Shown here piece by piece: positions 60,991 through 64,000 of a DNA stretch of 64,000 nt. The position numbers were made by a program, and so were the translations under genes. This stretch comes from an uncultured Actinomycetes bacterium. GTDB lineage: Bacteria > Actinomycetota > Thermoleophilia > Gaiellales > Gaiellaceae. Each line of letters opens with the position of its first letter. Within the stretch, counting starts at the first letter, position 1. Location of the stretch: contig CAWBQC010000007.1 in the NCBI GenBank assembly GCA_963790845.1, positions 46,893 through 110,892 on the forward strand. Reading direction: 5' to 3'. The notes beneath the pieces are model-generated. The model did no database searches and was not told the origin of the DNA. It saw nothing but the letters and a program-made list of their open reading frames with translations.

Positions 60991-62376
60991 GTGAAGAGAC
61001 GGCGTACCGACCTGCAGGCCTGGCTGTGGGGTGAGGTCGTCCTGTCCGGGCTGCTCGCGGCAAGCCTTGCGCTGTTCCTTGCGTATCCAGCCTTGCGAAC
61101 GCAGTACGACAGGCCGCAACTCCTGCTGGTGCTCGAGACCACGATGGCGCTGGCCGGCATCCTCGTCGCGCTCCTGGCTGCGGTCCGCTTCTCAACGGAC
61201 GGCCTTCGAACCGACGTGCTGTTGGCGGCGGGCTTCCTGGTCGGGTCGCTGTCCACTATCGCTTTCGCGATCGTTCCCGTGCTCGACGGCGGCGTTCTGA
61301 GTCGGGCCGACCGATGGGCGGGGCTCGCAGGCGGCATCGCCGCGCAAGGTCTCATCGCGCTCGCACCGTTCCTCGGCGGCCGCAGCAGGACTCGCGACCG
61401 AGCGTTGCGTGACACCGTCATCGCGGCAGCCATTGCGCTCGCCGCCGCCTGGCTCCTGCTCCGCGCCCACAGCGGCGGCCTTCCGGCGCTGACGTCGCAA
61501 CCGGGCGTGGGCCATGCTCGCGCAGGCCTGGCCTCCGCGCTCGCCGTGCTGGCCCTCCTCGATCTCCTGGCCGTGGTCGGCTGGGGGCGGAGGCTTGCGA
61601 GGACGGGGGACGACCTCGCGCAGTGGCTCGCGCTCGGCTTCACCCTCCAGCTCTTCGCGGCCCTCCACTTCGTGTTCACGCCGCCGCGCGGCACGACATA
61701 CGTCGCTGCCGGAGACTTCCTGCGCCTGCTCGCGTTCGGGCTGATACTCGTGGGCGCCTGGCGGGCGATCCGTTCAGCCGAGCTCGGGCGGGCAGTCGCG
61801 GAGGAGCGGGCACGCGTCGCGCGAGAAATCCACGACGGGTTGGCGCAGTATCTCTTCGCCGTCTCGACGAACGCTCAGATGCTCGCCGCGGGGAGTCCCG
61901 TGGAGGAGGTCGGGCCCCAACTCACACAGGCCGCGGCGCTCGCGCAACAGGAGGCGCGCTTCGCCGTTCTCGCGCTGTCGTCGGCGAGCGGCACCGCATC
62001 GTTCGACTCTGGGCTGCGCCGCTATGTCGAGTTCCTCACGGCGGACGGCAAGCTCGACGTCGACCTCGAGATCGACCCGGCGATCCGCCTCGCCCCTGAC
62101 GAGCAGATCGAGATCTTCCGCATCGTCCAGGAGGGGCTCGGCAACGTCCGTCGCCATGCGAACGCAACGCGCGCCGAGGTCGTGATCGGACAGCGCCCCT
62201 CCGGCGAGCGGTTCGTCGCAATCGAGGACGACGGCGAAGGCTTTCCGCCCGACGTCGCGACCGCCGGGTACGGACTGCGGAACATGCGCGACAGGGCGTC
62301 GTCGATCGAGGGCGGTTTCACCGTTCGGAGCATGCCCGGACGAGGCACCGCGCTCGAGGTCGTGTTGCGGACGTAA
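60991..62376 (+). CDS. membrane sensor histidine kinase, HisKA_3 (NarX/DesK-like) type
   Basis: Intact 461 aa. About 6 N-terminal hydrophobic helices, H-box EERARVAREIHDGLAQYL, HATPase IVQEGLGNVRRHA...IEDDGEGF...GYGLRNMRDRA...GRGTALEV. Divergent from the response regulator across 43 bp. Confidence 0.85.
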   Translation: MKRRRTDLQAWLWGEVVLSGLLAASLALFLAYPALRTQYDRPQLLLVLETTMALAGILVALLAAVRFSTDGLRTDVLLAAGFLVGSLSTIAFAIVPVLDGGVLSRADRWAGLAGGIAAQGLIALAPFLGGRSRTRDRALRDTVIAAAIALAAAWLLLRAHSGGLPALTSQPGVGHARAGLASALAVLALLDLLAVVGWGRRLARTGDDLAQWLALGFTLQLFAALHFVFTPPRGTTYVAAGDFLRLLAFGLILVGAWRAIRSAELGRAVAEERARVAREIHDGLAQYLFAVSTNAQMLAAGSPVEEVGPQLTQAAALAQQEARFAVLALSSASGTASFDSGLRRYVEFLTADGKLDVDLEIDPAIRLAPDEQIEIFRIVQEGLGNVRRHANATRAEVVIGQRPSGERFVAIEDDGEGFPPDVATAGYGLRNMRDRASSIEGGFTVRSMPGRGTALEVVLRT

Positions 62377-62419
62377 ACCGCTTCTCAATCGTCCGAGTTT
62401 CCGCCTAGAGTGCAGCGCC

Positions 62420-63048
62420 GTGGGTCGCCCCATCGCACTGCTCGCCGCAGTTGTCTTCTGTTGCACGCTCGTGTCGCATCCGCAGCCGCAGGCCCGCGGC
62501 CCGATCAGCACCTGACGCTCTTCGCCGACTCGTCCGGGGCGTCCCTTGGCTGGGACTCGACGGCCAAGAGGATCCTCGAGCATGGCAACCGCGTCCTCTT
62601 CGAGCTTCACCCGTGCGGGCGCCTCGTTCAGCCCGGCTGCATCACGCCTCCCCCTCCGAGCGTCCTTTCGGTCGTGCGCGAGCTCGGGCGGAGGATCGGG
62701 CCGACCGTGGTCGTCTTCGTCGGCTACAACGACAACCCGGCGACGTACCGGGACGGCATGCCCTCCGTGCTGAGGGCGATGCGGAACCACGGCGTCAAGC
62801 ACGTCGTCTGGCTGACTCTGCGCGCGGTCTACAAGCAGTACGTCGACATCAATCACGCGATCTACGCGGCGAAACAGAAGTGGCCGATCATGACTGTGCT
62901 CGACTGGAACCGCTACTCCGCAGCGCATTCCTCGTGGTTCAGTGGGGACGGGATCCACATGACCGGCACAGGCGCCATCGCGTATGCGAACTACCTGCAC
63001 CGATCACTGAAGCGACTCGGCCTGACGGGGCCGGCTCTGACCGGATAA
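62420..63048 (+). pseudogene. secreted SGNH/GDSL-like hydrolase-fold protein, one frameshift near 62480
   Basis: The GTG at 62420 gives the signal-like VGRPIALLAAVVFCCTLVSHPQPQA (short frame, not in track). Then ORF 62410..63048: ...HLTLFADSSGASLGWD...VVVFVGYNDN...VVWLTLR...FSGDGIHMTGTG. Assignment is tentative. Confidence 0.5.
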
Positions 63049-63110
63049 TCGCGACCTAAGATCCCTGGCCATGACGCCGGGCGGCGGCGAATCCGTTCGG
63101 GCATCAATAG

Positions 63111-63136
63111 GAAAGCCCCGCATCTGCGGGGCTTTC
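63111..63136. terminator. bidirectional-looking intrinsic terminator between the SGNH-like gene and rnpB
   Basis: GAAAGCCCCGC (63111-63121), loop ATCT, GCGGGGCTTTC (63126-63136). The 11-bp stem is perfect. The T-containing tails are CGTT on + and CTATTGATG on -, with TTTC/GAAA built into the stem ends. Confidence 0.6.
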
Positions 63137-63141
63137 CGTTA

Positions 63142-63463
<322 letters not shown>

Positions 63464-63487
63464 GAACAGGGAGTGTAGCCTCGGCGG

Positions 63488-64000
63488 GTGGCAAGCCCTT
63501 TCGCGGTCGCCTTCCCGAACGGGAATCGAGCGCTCGCCGTGCGAGTCGGCAGGCAGGAGGAGATCGGCGAGGCGCTGGATGCGCTCGGGCTCGAGACGCA
63601 GCGCCCGGTGCTCGTCCTGGTCGGGAGCGCCGCGCAAGCCACCGAAACGGAGGCTGCGTCGGTCGAGGAGCTCGTCGAGCCGCTGGTGGCGACCGCCGCG
63701 CGCGTGGGCGCAGCGATCGTCGACGGCGGGACGGACGTGGGCGCGATGCGCGCCGCAGGGAGGGCCCGGGAGGAGCCCGGCCCGCCGCTCGTCGGCGTTG
63801 CGCCGGCAAGCGTCGTGGCTCTCCCCGGCGAGCCGGCCGATTTGCACACCTACGAGCTCGAGCCGCATCACACGCACTTCGTCCTCGTTCCAGGGTTCCG
63901 ACTTCGGCGCCGAGTCGGCCTGGATAGCGCACATCGCCGGCGAGATCGCGCGCGACGGGCCCTCCGTCACCGTTCTGATCGGCGGCGGCGACGTGAGCTG
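63488..64000 (+). CDS. SLOG/LSDAT-like Rossmann-fold domain protein, 5' part only (runs off right edge); probable frame slip near 63895
   Basis: Not in the track (no in-window stop). From the GTG at 63488: VASPFAVAFPNGNRALAVRVGRQEEIGEALDALGLETQRPVLVLVGSAAQ...VATAARVGAAIVDGGTDVGAMRAAG...PLVGVAPASVV...YELEPHHTHFVLVPG, then in the next frame SDFGAESAWIAHIAGEIARDGPSVTVLIGGGDVS. The pattern resembles prokaryotic TRPM-type SLOG domains as I remember them. Confidence 0.4.
   Translation, partial: MASPFAVAFPNGNRALAVRVGRQEEIGEALDALGLETQRPVLVLVGSAAQATETEAASVEELVEPLVATAARVGAAIVDGGTDVGAMRAAGRAREEPGPPLVGVAPASVVALPGEPADLHTYELEPHHTHFVLVPGFRLRRRVGLDSAHRRRDRARRALRHRSDRRRRREL

Overview
This is a 64-kb, very GC-rich (about 70% by eye) chromosomal segment. 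It looks like core genome of an Actinomycetota-type bacterium: it has a murI-rph-rdgB neighbourhood, a TopA with four GR(Y/F)GPY C-terminal repeats instead of zinc ribbons, a HisKA_3/NarL two-component pair, xseAB, pyrE/pyrF, HU and RNase P RNA. I can support about 70 protein genes, one ncRNA (rnpB, minus strand, 63142-63463) and a few hairpins and repeats. I saw no rRNA, tRNA, CRISPR array, transposase or integrase. The functional blocks are: (1) pyrimidine and housekeeping genes at 0-5.9 kb. (2) A long co-directional minus-strand array at 10.3-20.3 kb that holds homogentisate-pathway genes (hppD, hmgA, a FAH-like gene) mixed with a CDF transporter, DUF2071, a sarcosine-oxidase-like flavoprotein, an AlkA-like glycosylase, a GNAT, a GST and a rhodanese. 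(3) Proline dehydrogenase plus a class-III aminotransferase. (4) xseAB. (5) A LuxR/LAL/HD-GYP regulatory cluster at 33-38 kb. (6) Two complete Opp/Dpp-type ABC importer operons plus an orphan binding protein at 38-53.6 kb. (7) A sigma-70 factor, topA, plsC, a 5'-3' exonuclease, an HDAC-like deacetylase and a two-component system. The dominant peculiarity is that about half of the genes are broken by single-base frame changes, and these occur in patches. They are dense at 0.7-7.3, 19.5-26.4, 33.4-37.3 and 39-42.2 kb, and I detected none at 26.4-33.3, 42.2-47.6 or 53.7-59.3 kb. I read this as assembly or sequencing indels rather than biology. As a result the six-frame track splits or artificially fuses many genes, and it also lists many long antisense Arg/Ala/Pro-rich ORFs that are GC artefacts. 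The best follow-up candidates are the structured lower-GC intergenic region upstream of the HD-GYP gene (37346-37568), the LuxR/LAL/HD-GYP cluster, a CDF transporter with three tandem cytoplasmic domains, an OppF-type ATPase with a ~90-aa insertion inside its 4-Cys motif, an NlpC/P60 remnant read through into a lipoprotein gene, and a SLOG-like ORF cut by the right window edge. All family assignments come from motif recognition by eye; no database search was run.
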